DNA of 64,000 bases from Candidatus Jorgensenbacteria bacterium. GTDB lineage: Bacteria; Patescibacteriota; Minisyncoccia; UBA6257; GWB1-50-10. Positions 9,458 to 17,223 of this stretch are shown here, one piece after another; position 1 is the stretch's first letter; every line of letters begins with the position of its first letter. Both the position numbers and the translations under genes were made by a program. The notes under the pieces are model-generated. The model did no database searches, was not told where the DNA came from, and saw only the letters and a program-made list of their open reading frames with translations. The DNA lies in NCBI GenBank assembly GCA_043807585.1, contig JAZDFV010000015.1, forward strand, positions 16,071 to 80,070. Direction: 5' to 3'.

Positions 9458-10465
9458 CTACTGAGCCGTGAGATTTATCAGTTTCCCCGCGATGAATCCT
9501 TTTATATTTTCTACTGTGGTATTGAAGATGCGCTCCAGCGCCTCCTGGGTATTGAACGCGTTGTGCGGCGTGATGAGGACATTCGGCATTTTCATCAGCA
9601 TGTGGTTTTCCAGCATCGTGCGCAGTTCCTCCGCGTGTGCGTTAACGTTCCGGAAGAACTGCATCTCGTCCTTCGTCGGGCCTTCTTCTTCCAGCACGTC
9701 CACGCCAAGACCAGCCAGTGTTCCGTCCGCGAGCGCCGCAATCAAGGCATCGGTTTCCACGATGCCACCGCGCGCGGTGTTCACGAGGTACGCACCTTTC
9801 TTTATAAGCTTCATGTTATCGCGGTTCAAGAGGTGATGTGTTTCTTTGGTATAGGGCGTGTGGATAGAAATAATGTCGGAGGTCTTCAGAAGTTCTTCCA
9901 AGGGCAGGTACTGATAATTCATTTCTTTTGCATATGCCTCGTTGGGAAACGGGTCGTAAGCGACGACGTTCATTCCGAAACCTTTTGCGATCTTCACCAT
10001 TTCTTTCCCGATGCGGCCTGTGCCGATGATGCCGATGGTTTTCCATTTGAGGTCCATCCCGCGGAGGTCGTGGAGCGAGAACGATTCGAGTTCCTTCACC
10101 TGATCGATAGCGCGGTACATCTTGCGCGTGAGGTTCAGGATGAGGCCGAAGGCGAACTCCGCCACGGTATTGTCGCCATAGCCGGGCACGTAGGCCACCG
10201 CGATGCCGCGTTTTGTGCACTCCGCGAGGTCAATGTGGTCAAAACCGGTTGAGCGGGTCGTGATGAACTTGAGTTTCGGGAATTGGGCGAGGACCGCTGG
10301 CGTGAAGCGCGAGTTCACGAAGACGGAGATAACTTCCGCGCCGTTCATTTCGGGAAGCGTCAATTCGTCTATCTTGTTTTCATTGAACGATAATTCCGCA
10401 TCGGGAAACGCCGCCCGCGCGAGCGGTTCCTCCCACCCTTCCACCTCAAAAAAGGCAATGCGCAT
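9458..10465 (-). CDS. ldhA: D-isomer-specific 2-hydroxyacid dehydrogenase (D-lactate dehydrogenase-like)
   Basis: GIIGTGRIGKEMVKIAKGFGMNV NAD-binding motif and catalytic RGG/E/H arrangement of the D-2-HADH family; likely true start is MRIAFF (ATG at 10465) with TATAAT 7 nt upstream (leaderless). Confidence 0.8.
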   Translation of the reverse strand: MRIAFFEVEGWEEPLARAAFPDAELSFNENKIDELTLPEMNGAEVISVFVNSRFTPAVLAQFPKLKFITTRSTGFDHIDLAECTKRGIAVAYVPGYGDNTVAEFAFGLILNLTRKMYRAIDQVKELESFSLHDLRGMDLKWKTIGIIGTGRIGKEMVKIAKGFGMNVVAYDPFPNEAYAKEMNYQYLPLEELLKTSDIISIHTPYTKETHHLLNRDNMKLIKKGAYLVNTARGGIVETDALIAALADGTLAGLGVDVLEEEGPTKDEMQFFRNVNAHAEELRTMLENHMLMKMPNVLITPHNAFNTQEALERIFNTTVENIKGFIAGKLINLTAQ

Positions 10466-10496
10466 GTATCTATTATAGTACGTGTCGCCGCGAAAC

Positions 10497-10522
10497 AAAA
10501 ACCCCGCGCGGGGCGGGGCTTG
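10497..10522 (-). terminator. rho-independent terminator (ccccgcgcgggg stem then T-run on the minus strand) after the DUF559 gene
   Basis: aaaaaccccgcgcggggcggggctt read on the minus strand gives a GC hairpin followed by tttttgttt. Confidence 0.5.
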
Positions 10523-10558
10523 AAATTACATTTCCTCGCCAGTCATGCGACTATTCTC

Positions 10559-11317
10559 TTATTCGTGCGAATTAGCCGAGGGGAAGATAACGGCCCCGCC
10601 GCGGGAGCGAATCGCGCGCCGCACCGTCGCCATACAACTTTCAAAATCTGCTGTGAGTGCCTTCTCCGTAAGGCGCACCACTACCCATCCACGCTGCTGC
10701 AAGAAAAGATCTTTGGCACGGTCGCGCCTGCGTGTGTGCGCCCCGGCGTGCGCTTTCGTGTTATCGCATTCTACCGCAATGAATCCTCGCCGGCACGATA
10801 TCGCAAAATCAAGGCAGTACCGTTTCCCGCCGGAAATCCGGTATTGCGGAATCGCGGGGATGCCACACCGCGTGAGCGCCTGCGCCACTATCTCTTCTGT
10901 TGGCACCACTCGGTAGAGTTCGAGAATCGTTCTCGCAGTCAACAAACGGTCGAGCGTTGTAAAACCGAACGAAACACGCCTCGGCGGCACGTTCCTGATT
11001 GGCCGCGGGAGTTGTTGGATGCGGCCCACGTGAATTTGTTGATATTGCTTACCCGCGTCAGGATGGGTGGCCTCATCCGGAAGCAGGTCGCGCCGCGTCC
11101 GTACGCGCGAACGAACTGTGCGCGCATAGTAACGGATGCATCGCCCCAGTCGGCCGAAGAGCGCTGGTTGGTAGAACGCGAGATAGTGAAACGCGCGCCG
11201 CGGCGCCTTGGCGACCGGCATACGGTACCAATGCTCACGGAGGAGAATGGCCAAATCGCGCCTGCGCTTCAATATACCGACAAGCACCACCCCATCCTTC
11301 GTGTGTGCGCGCTCCAT
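10559..11317 (-). CDS. DUF559 (endonuclease-like, restriction-endonuclease fold) domain protein
   Basis: C-terminal YCLDFAI...IAVECDNTKAH...DRAKDLFLQQRGWVVVRL resembles the DUF559/Vsr-like fold. Confidence 0.55.
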   Translation of the reverse strand: MERAHTKDGVVLVGILKRRRDLAILLREHWYRMPVAKAPRRAFHYLAFYQPALFGRLGRCIRYYARTVRSRVRTRRDLLPDEATHPDAGKQYQQIHVGRIQQLPRPIRNVPPRRVSFGFTTLDRLLTARTILELYRVVPTEEIVAQALTRCGIPAIPQYRISGGKRYCLDFAISCRRGFIAVECDNTKAHAGAHTRRRDRAKDLFLQQRGWVVVRLTEKALTADFESCMATVRRAIRSRGGAVIFPSANSHE

Positions 11318-11327
11318 GCCTTTCGCC

Positions 11328-12020
11328 TTAGATGTTTAAAATCTGACTTTCAAGATGTTGTAACTTCGCTAGCCCCAACATGAGTTCACCTTTTTCCTCG
11401 GAGTTCAAGAGTGAAAGATATTCCAAAGAGCTCTTCAAAATCTTGAGACATTCTTTGAGTACATAGCTGGTGTATGCGTAGTCCACATCGCCATAAGCAT
11501 CACCGCGCTCCATCTCCCAACGGTTCGTGAGCTGCCGATAGGTCTTGGAGGTTAAGGTATTCCTATACCACGCCACATCGGCCGCCGCTTCCGTTTCCAA
11601 CCACAGGCTCCCTGATGTATCTGCGGCCTCCAGCACCGATTCCACGTTCTCACGCCATTGTGAAACTTTTCTATACAGCGGAAATTGTTCCGGCTCGGGC
11701 GGCACTGGGATATTGTCAATATTGGTAATATCAATCCCCATACGCTCAGCATCTTGCCTCACTATTGCTAAGGCTTCCCCGAAAGAGGCGCCAACATCTT
11801 CAAATACGCTCTTCATGTCATCGGGGTCTTCCCCGCAATCGATATGCGCGCTCCGATCGCGCATGATGTGTCCGCAGAGCGGGCAATCTTTTTGGTTACA
11901 CGGGATGCGACGCCAGGAACATTCCATCCACTTCGGCATCTCGAACTTACCATCCTTGCCTGATTTTATCTCCCCAATGATTGGCATACTGCTGTGTTTT
12001 TTAGTGGTAATAACCTTCAC
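11328..12020 (-). CDS. hypothetical protein with CxxC...CPLCGH zinc-finger-like motif
   Basis: 230-aa ORF, no recognised family. Confidence 0.4.
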   Translation of the reverse strand: MKVITTKKHSSMPIIGEIKSGKDGKFEMPKWMECSWRRIPCNQKDCPLCGHIMRDRSAHIDCGEDPDDMKSVFEDVGASFGEALAIVRQDAERMGIDITNIDNIPVPPEPEQFPLYRKVSQWRENVESVLEAADTSGSLWLETEAAADVAWYRNTLTSKTYRQLTNRWEMERGDAYGDVDYAYTSYVLKECLKILKSSLEYLSLLNSEEKGELMLGLAKLQHLESQILNI

Positions 12021-12076
12021 GCCACCATTCTCTTATTCGTGCGAATAAGAGAATGGTCAGAGCAAAGAAGAAATGG

Positions 12077-12355
12077 TTAAAGAATGGTAATGATGGCTCG
12101 GGCGGCAGGGCGTGCGGTATTCGCGAGCCGATAGAACACCTGCAAATCCCGCTGGTCGCGATCCACAAGGTCAGCCGCGTGGAGCACCGCGAGGTGCCGC
12201 GAGGTCGATTTGAAAGAGAGACGTATGGCACCCGCAATCTTCCCTACCGATGCCTCGCGCTCCTCCTTGAGATACTTCATGATGGCAAGCCGCCGCCGGT
12301 TGGCGAGTGCCTTGAGGGTCCGCTCGAGATCGCGCATAGGTGTTTGGGTTACCAT
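12077..12355 (-). CDS. ArsR/SmtB-family transcriptional regulator
   Basis: 92 aa; winged HTH VGKIAGAIRLSFKSTSRHLAVLHAADLV. Confidence 0.7.
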   Translation of the reverse strand: MVTQTPMRDLERTLKALANRRRLAIMKYLKEEREASVGKIAGAIRLSFKSTSRHLAVLHAADLVDRDQRDLQVFYRLANTARPAARAIITIL

Positions 12356-12383
12356 TATGCCTTATTTTACCATTCGCGCGAAA

Positions 12384-12416
12384 ACATTCCGACATTCTGC
12401 AGAATGTGAGAATGTT
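12384..12416. promoter_or_regulatory. imperfect copy of the 40-bp palindrome (cattctgcagaatgtgagaatg core) between the divergent ArsR genes, abutting the TATAAT of the plus-strand ArsR; candidate operator
   Basis: Palindrome ends 6 nt before tataat (12423-12428); ATG at 12438. Confidence 0.5.
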
Positions 12417-12437
12417 GTGTGGTATAATGAAACTGGT

Positions 12438-12713
12438 ATGAAAACAAAAACGGCAAAGCAACTGGAAAGGCATTTTAAGGGCATGGCCAACCATCGGCGG
12501 ATCGAGATTTTGAGATTGATTGCCGAGAGTGAGGGAATTAGCTTGGAAAACATTGCCAGGAGTCTGGATTGTAATTTCAAGACCATTTCCGAGCATACTA
12601 AAAAATTGGTTCAAGCTGGGCTGGTTGATAAAAAATATCACGGCAGGACAGTCGCTCATACCCTCTCACCCTACGGCAAAATTTTCTGCAAATTTATAAC
12701 CAGCTTCTCGTAA
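12438..12713 (+). CDS. ArsR/SmtB-family transcriptional regulator
   Basis: MKTKTAKQLERHFKGMANHRRIEILRLIAESEGISLENIARSLDCNFKTISEHTKKLVQAGLV; start chosen at internal ATG preceded by tataat. Confidence 0.7.
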   Translation: MKTKTAKQLERHFKGMANHRRIEILRLIAESEGISLENIARSLDCNFKTISEHTKKLVQAGLVDKKYHGRTVAHTLSPYGKIFCKFITSFS

Positions 12714-12742
12714 TCACCTAATCACCTAATCACCTAATCACT
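12711..12742. repeat. tandem 8-mer repeat (taatcacc) x4 starting at the ArsR stop codon
   Basis: taatcacctaatcacctaatcacctaatcac read directly. Confidence 0.6.
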
Positions 12743-12776
12743 GACATTCTCACATTCTGCAGAATGTGAGAATGTC
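12743..12776. repeat. copy of the 40-bp perfect palindrome family (gacattctcacattctgcagaatgtgagaatgtc) between the convergent ArsR and helicase genes
   Basis: Read directly; identical core at 15125, 16239. Confidence 0.7.
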
Positions 12777-12851
12777 GTTTAACGTAGTTGGAGTGCTCAG
12801 GACGAAGGAGGAAATTGGCCTATGTGGTGGAGAGAGGTAACAACACGTGTC

Positions 12852-14429
12852 TCATGCTTCTCGGAGCTTCCGGTCGAGCTTTAGTTTTGCGATGCGCGAA
12901 CGGATGGCGCTCTGTTGACGCCCCAATCGCCCCGCGAGGTTCTTCACGGGCGCGCCGCTCGAAAAAAGTTCTCTCAGTTCTGCATCATCGCTCGTCGGCC
13001 ATGGGCGGTACGCGTTCGGATACCGCTCCCGCATCTCGGCGAACCTGGTATCGCCCGACACTCCGCCGCCGCGTGACCGGGCGAATTCTGCTCGGTGTTC
13101 CGCTCGCCTCTTCATGGTTCCTCCGCACGTAACGATGAATTTCCTTTCCCGTGCGTTTTGGGAAACGGGGGTCTGTAGGGTAAGTTCTGCCGCGGCGCGG
13201 TGAGATAGTTGCTGGAACTCTCCATCACGCGCGAGAATCTCGGGATGCACTTCAAGCGCACGTTCGTTCCACCCGAGAAGGGAAAGCCCGGAAAAAGACC
13301 TCACGCGGGAGAGCGCGACATACCCCTGCCCGTACTCGAACGCGCGAGAGAGATCGACCACCGCGGCGTCGAGCGTCATCCCCTGGCTCTTATGGACGGT
13401 AATGGCCCACGCGAGCTTCAGCGGCACCTGCCGGATGCGCGCGAGCGTTTTCGCGCCGTCCACCATGGACCACTCCATGGGGAGTGCATGAATGAGACGC
13501 CCGGCGTGCGTGCGCACGAGCGGGTAGCCCTCATCGGAAAAATCTTCCACCTCTCCCAGCGTGCCGTTCACAAACCCCTCCTCAAAGTTGTTCTTAGTGA
13601 AGAGCACCTTCGCGCCCAGTTTGAGGAAAAGTCGCTCCGGTGAGAGACAGCCGCGCTTCAATTGCGCTACGAGCGTTTTTGCACCGTGCGATTCCATGGA
13701 GCATTCGCGGACGCTCCCCGGCAATAACGCCAAACGCTCTTCGTTCATTTTATCTACATCAACATTATGTGCGTAGAGATGTGTGTGATTTCCTTCTCGG
13801 ACGGTGTGGACACGCCGCGCGCGAAGCACGGCGGACATTCGCGTTCCACTCCCGCGGCGCACCTCCGAAAGGAGCGCGAGAAACTCCTTTTCATCCTGAC
13901 GGTACTGCTCGGAAAGATAGCACACCGCCACCTCGGCTGTTTCCCAGGACGGCGAGAGAAACGCGAATCGCGCCGGCGGTTCACCTTCCCGTGCAACCGG
14001 GGGTAATTGGAAGAAATCCCCAGCGAGCACCACCTGCAGACCGCCGAACGGCGCTTTATTTTTCCGGAGCACGCGGCACACCACATCAACAGAGGCAAAT
14101 GTTTCGGCATCCAGCATTGAAATCTCATCAATGATGAGCACTTTCGTACGCGCCACCCGCGACGTAAGTCGGTCGTTCCCCGCGAGCAGTTCCGCCTCAT
14201 CTCGGGAGAGCGATTTCCGGATACCGATGCCGGACCACGCATGGATGGTCATACCGCCTATATGCGTCGCCGCGATGCCGGTGGACGCGGTGATCGCCGG
14301 TTCGATACCGTGCGCGCGGAGATAGGCGACGTAGCGGTTCACGGTGTGTGTTTTTCCCGAGCCGGGCTCACCCGTCAAAAACACGTTCACGCCGGACTTC
14401 AACACCATGAGCGCTTGCTCCTGGGTCAT
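12852..14429 (-). CDS. PIF1/RecD-like (AAA_30) ATP-dependent DNA helicase
   Basis: Walker A LTGEPGSGKTH, Walker B VLIIDEISM, helicase motifs plus C-terminal HTH-like tail. Confidence 0.75.
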   Translation of the reverse strand: MTQEQALMVLKSGVNVFLTGEPGSGKTHTVNRYVAYLRAHGIEPAITASTGIAATHIGGMTIHAWSGIGIRKSLSRDEAELLAGNDRLTSRVARTKVLIIDEISMLDAETFASVDVVCRVLRKNKAPFGGLQVVLAGDFFQLPPVAREGEPPARFAFLSPSWETAEVAVCYLSEQYRQDEKEFLALLSEVRRGSGTRMSAVLRARRVHTVREGNHTHLYAHNVDVDKMNEERLALLPGSVRECSMESHGAKTLVAQLKRGCLSPERLFLKLGAKVLFTKNNFEEGFVNGTLGEVEDFSDEGYPLVRTHAGRLIHALPMEWSMVDGAKTLARIRQVPLKLAWAITVHKSQGMTLDAAVVDLSRAFEYGQGYVALSRVRSFSGLSLLGWNERALEVHPEILARDGEFQQLSHRAAAELTLQTPVSQNARERKFIVTCGGTMKRRAEHRAEFARSRGGGVSGDTRFAEMRERYPNAYRPWPTSDDAELRELFSSGAPVKNLAGRLGRQQSAIRSRIAKLKLDRKLREA

Positions 14430-14899
14430 GCGGGTAAATCGTCGTTGATGTGGGTCACCCGCAGCCGCTCAATGCCGTTGGTTTCAAATTCTTTCCAGTA
14501 TTTTTCGAACAGAGGATGGTCTTTCTCGATCCGCTCGGACGCGCTCATCGCCCGAATTTCCTCGTCGGTGTACATTCTGGAACAATCACGGTCCACGAGA
14601 TGGCACGCCAACTCCTCCCAGAAATTTTCCTCGTCGTAGCGATCAATACATTCCTGTATCTCCTCATCGTCCTCGAGTTTCAACGTAGGAACGTGCCGCC
14701 GCATCTCAACGTCGTACTTTACCAAGTCCCCCGCCCCAAACTCCTCGGCGCGGGAGAACATGTAATCCTCGATCTCGTCGAATGCCTCCTTCCGCTTGTC
14801 GTCGGGCGCGTCCGTACGCACCGCGTTCGCAAGCCAGTTGCCCAAGTATACCGTCTTGAGCAGGGCGAGAAACTGGTCTTTAGTAAGTCGAATCTCCAT
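14426..14899 (-). CDS. acidic hypothetical protein translationally coupled (ATGA overlap) to the PIF1-like helicase
   Basis: 157-aa ORF ending 4 nt inside the helicase start. Confidence 0.5.
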   Translation of the reverse strand: MEIRLTKDQFLALLKTVYLGNWLANAVRTDAPDDKRKEAFDEIEDYMFSRAEEFGAGDLVKYDVEMRRHVPTLKLEDDEEIQECIDRYDEENFWEELACHLVDRDCSRMYTDEEIRAMSASERIEKDHPLFEKYWKEFETNGIERLRVTHINDDLPA

Positions 14900-15124
14900 A
14901 CGCTTCGAAAATGGTAATAACTTCTCAACTATTCTATCACTTGCGCAATCCAGACAATAGCGTAGACAACTATTCTACCATTCGAGCTTTGCTAAGTAGC
15001 GCCTTCCCGTCCGCCCGCTCCGCGCGCCGTCGTCAAAGCCTCTGGCGACGTACGACCGGAGCAGTAGCGAGGCAAGTAGCTGGGCGAAAAGGCGGAAATT
15101 AGAGATATAACGAGAAAAGGTATG

Positions 15125-15164
15125 AACGACATTCTCACATTCTGCAGAATGTGAGAATGTCGTT
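15125..15164. repeat. 40-bp perfect palindrome aacgacattctcacattctgcagaatgtgagaatgtcgtt
   Basis: Exact reverse-complement symmetry about ctgcag. Confidence 0.75.
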
Positions 15165-15181
15165 TTGGTGATGCGGGTCTG

Positions 15182-15403
15182 TCAGTCGGACATTTTCCAC
15201 TGGACGCGGCCGACGGTGCCGTCCGTTAGGCGCACCTTGATGCCGCGCGGGTGGATGCCCTTGGACGTCAAAATCTCCTTCACTATCCCCTGCGTGTAGT
15301 TCGTCGTACCGTAGTTTTCTTTCTCTATGATCCAGACGGCGTCCCCGGGTTTCACTTCGCTCCGCTTCGGCGGATTGGGATTGTCGGGTCCGTGCTTTCT
15401 CAT
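15182..15403 (-). CDS. YwbE-family (DUF2196) small protein
   Basis: GIVKEILTSKGIHPRGIKVRLTDGTVGRVQ matches the YwbE signature. Confidence 0.7.
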   Translation of the reverse strand: MRKHGPDNPNPPKRSEVKPGDAVWIIEKENYGTTNYTQGIVKEILTSKGIHPRGIKVRLTDGTVGRVQWKMSD

Positions 15404-15441
15404 GTTCGTTTTGTCATTCTACCTCAAAACGCCGCGCGCGG

Positions 15442-15471
15442 CAGGGTGCTACAGTCAACTGTAGCACCCTG
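15442..15471. repeat. palindrome cagggtgctacagtcaactgtagcaccctg (GGTGCTA-N10-TAGCACC family) upstream of the ywbE-like gene
   Basis: Read directly. Confidence 0.55.
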
Positions 15472-15503
15472 GTGATGATGGGAGAATTGAGGAAGAAACC
15501 CGT

Positions 15504-15827
15504 CTACCGCGGCAAATTGTCAAAAATCGTAACATCGCCCCCACTGTACTCCCCTACTTCAAACCCATCATATGCAAAGTGATTGCCATTCTGATTGAAA
15601 TAGAGCGCGGTGTGTCGGTCGAGGATGATCATAAAGCCGCGGCTGCCTGGTTGATACGGAACGATATCGACACGCTCCACGCCGGAAAAAATATCATGGA
15701 GCGGACCAAAAGGAGAATTCTTGATTCCTTGTTGGCGCGCCAAAAATGTTATGGCCGCACGTGGCCATAACTTTAAAAGTAGTCTTGTATACCAGCTGAT
15801 TTTTATCTCCTTCCTCGTGTTCGCCAT
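15504..15827 (-). CDS. hypothetical protein
   Basis: 107-aa ORF, no recognised domain. Confidence 0.35.
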   Translation of the reverse strand: MANTRKEIKISWYTRLLLKLWPRAAITFLARQQGIKNSPFGPLHDIFSGVERVDIVPYQPGSRGFMIILDRHTALYFNQNGNHFAYDGFEVGEYSGGDVTIFDNLPR

Positions 15828-15837
15828 ATTCCTAGTA

Positions 15838-16134
15838 TCATTCGCTCGCGGGTGACTTGAGAGAATCGCGTTTTGCTTCTTCCACGTTTTCCTTTAGGGA
15901 GCCAACCTTACGCATGATATCGATCAAGGTTTTTGTTTCTTCCTGGTCTGCATCCGGTGACATTGCCCGGCGCGCTGCCTCTAAATTTTCCGCCAGGCGG
16001 GACATGCTCTCGGCCATCTTTTTGAAGAGCAACTCCTTCGGGATATTTTTCTCTCCGCCGTATTTCACAATCCACCACCAATATAGGAGCCGAACCTTCA
16101 CCATTGGCCAGAAGCTGTAGCGTATAAAATCCAT
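15838..16134 (-). CDS. hypothetical small protein
   Basis: 98-aa ORF. Confidence 0.35.
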   Translation of the reverse strand: MDFIRYSFWPMVKVRLLYWWWIVKYGGEKNIPKELLFKKMAESMSRLAENLEAARRAMSPDADQEETKTLIDIMRKVGSLKENVEEAKRDSLKSPASE

Positions 16135-16164
16135 ATCTCTATTCTATCTCAAAACGCCATGCGG

Positions 16165-16204
16165 GGTACTATAGGCTAATTCGCACGAATTAGCCTATAG
16201 TACC
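16165..16204. repeat. 40-bp palindrome ggtactataggctaattcgcacgaattagcctatagtacc (GGTACTA...TAGTACC outer arms, long spacer)
   Basis: Read directly; followed by a ccattcgcgcgaattagagaatgg module also present at 12367 and 12025. Confidence 0.55.
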
Positions 16205-16238
16205 ATTCGCGCGAATTAGAGAATGGGACTCAAGCAAG

Positions 16239-16274
16239 AACATTCTCACATTCTGCAGAATGTGAGAATGTCGT
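16239..16274. repeat. copy of the 40-bp palindrome family
   Basis: aacattctcacattctgcagaatgtgagaatgtcgtt. Confidence 0.7.
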
Positions 16275-16362
16275 TCTCTATGATCCAGACGGCATCCCTG
16301 GGTTTCACTTCGCTCCGCTTCGGCGGATTAGGATTGTCGGGTCCTTGCTTCCCCATATTCGT
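16264..16362 (-). pseudogene. internally deleted remnant of a duplicated ywbE-like gene (5-prime about 90 nt only)
   Basis: 16275-16362 is near-identical to 15308-15403 (the ywbE 5-prime end); a deletion junction joins it directly to the palindrome. Confidence 0.6.
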
Positions 16363-16399
16363 TTTGTCATTTTAACATTTTCGCCTTACTTCTCGTTGG

Positions 16400-17155
16400 T
16401 CAGTTAGTTTTTTTGTACCAAACATCAATTTTTTGACGTGTTTCTCTTCGATTTGCATTAACAAAAGTCTGTAATTGTGGAAAATATCCTAAAAATTCGT
16501 CGTGTAATTTCTTGCGGCTAGCTGATGTCTCTCTACCACTTTTAATTAAATAACTAGTCCGAACTAACCCAATAATAAGATCGACGAGTTGCAGTTCACA
16601 TGATGCATATAAAGGCGCAAAGAGTACTGAAGAATCTCGAATCTGGATTGTGGGCTTCCCCAAAATAGTATTCTTTTTTCTCAGCATATTATTCAGTACC
16701 TTCGAGAATTCTTCCTGTTGCTCAAAATTAAGCGATTGTCTATCAAAGATAAGTCGAGCAGCAGAAAGACGATTGTGTATTAAGCTTCCATGAAGTATCC
16801 ATGGATAAGACAATAGCAGTGCCGCTAACTTCGCGCGGCTGATGTGATTTTCCCATCTTTCCCACGTGCGAGCGTTCACCACAATTGCTCTAAACAGGGC
16901 ATTCGAATCAACAAAAGCAGAAAGAAACCCACTCATAACTTTAGATTGTTTTTCGGTAATATTTGTAGTGTTGGAAAAATGAAGAGTATTGATACAACTT
17001 TCTTTCATTCTCACTTGCCCAAGTCGCTGGAACAAATCGCAATCTACAGGTAGAAAAATACCACCAACCATAAAATGGCTGGTGCCTAGATACCCGAACT
17101 CAGTTTCGTCCAAAAAAATCCTGCAAAGATGAAATACTGATTCTGAAATTTTCAT
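16400..17155 (-). CDS. DUF3800-like protein (defence-island-associated family), AT-rich
   Basis: N-terminal IFLDETEFGY resembles the DUF3800 IFIDESG start; 251 aa; low GC. Confidence 0.4.
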   Translation of the reverse strand: MKISESVFHLCRIFLDETEFGYLGTSHFMVGGIFLPVDCDLFQRLGQVRMKESCINTLHFSNTTNITEKQSKVMSGFLSAFVDSNALFRAIVVNARTWERWENHISRAKLAALLLSYPWILHGSLIHNRLSAARLIFDRQSLNFEQQEEFSKVLNNMLRKKNTILGKPTIQIRDSSVLFAPLYASCELQLVDLIIGLVRTSYLIKSGRETSASRKKLHDEFLGYFPQLQTFVNANRRETRQKIDVWYKKTN

Positions 17156-17223
17156 TACGAAACAAGCCGGGTTGCCCCGGCTTGGAAGTCAAACGGCTTT
17201 CGAGTCAGGGCGCAATTGGTTCT

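Noticed and set aside
10520-11383. 287-aa plus-strand ORF overlapping the DUF559 gene
   Set aside because: The minus-strand frame carries a recognisable endonuclease-like domain. The plus frame is Arg-rich low complexity.
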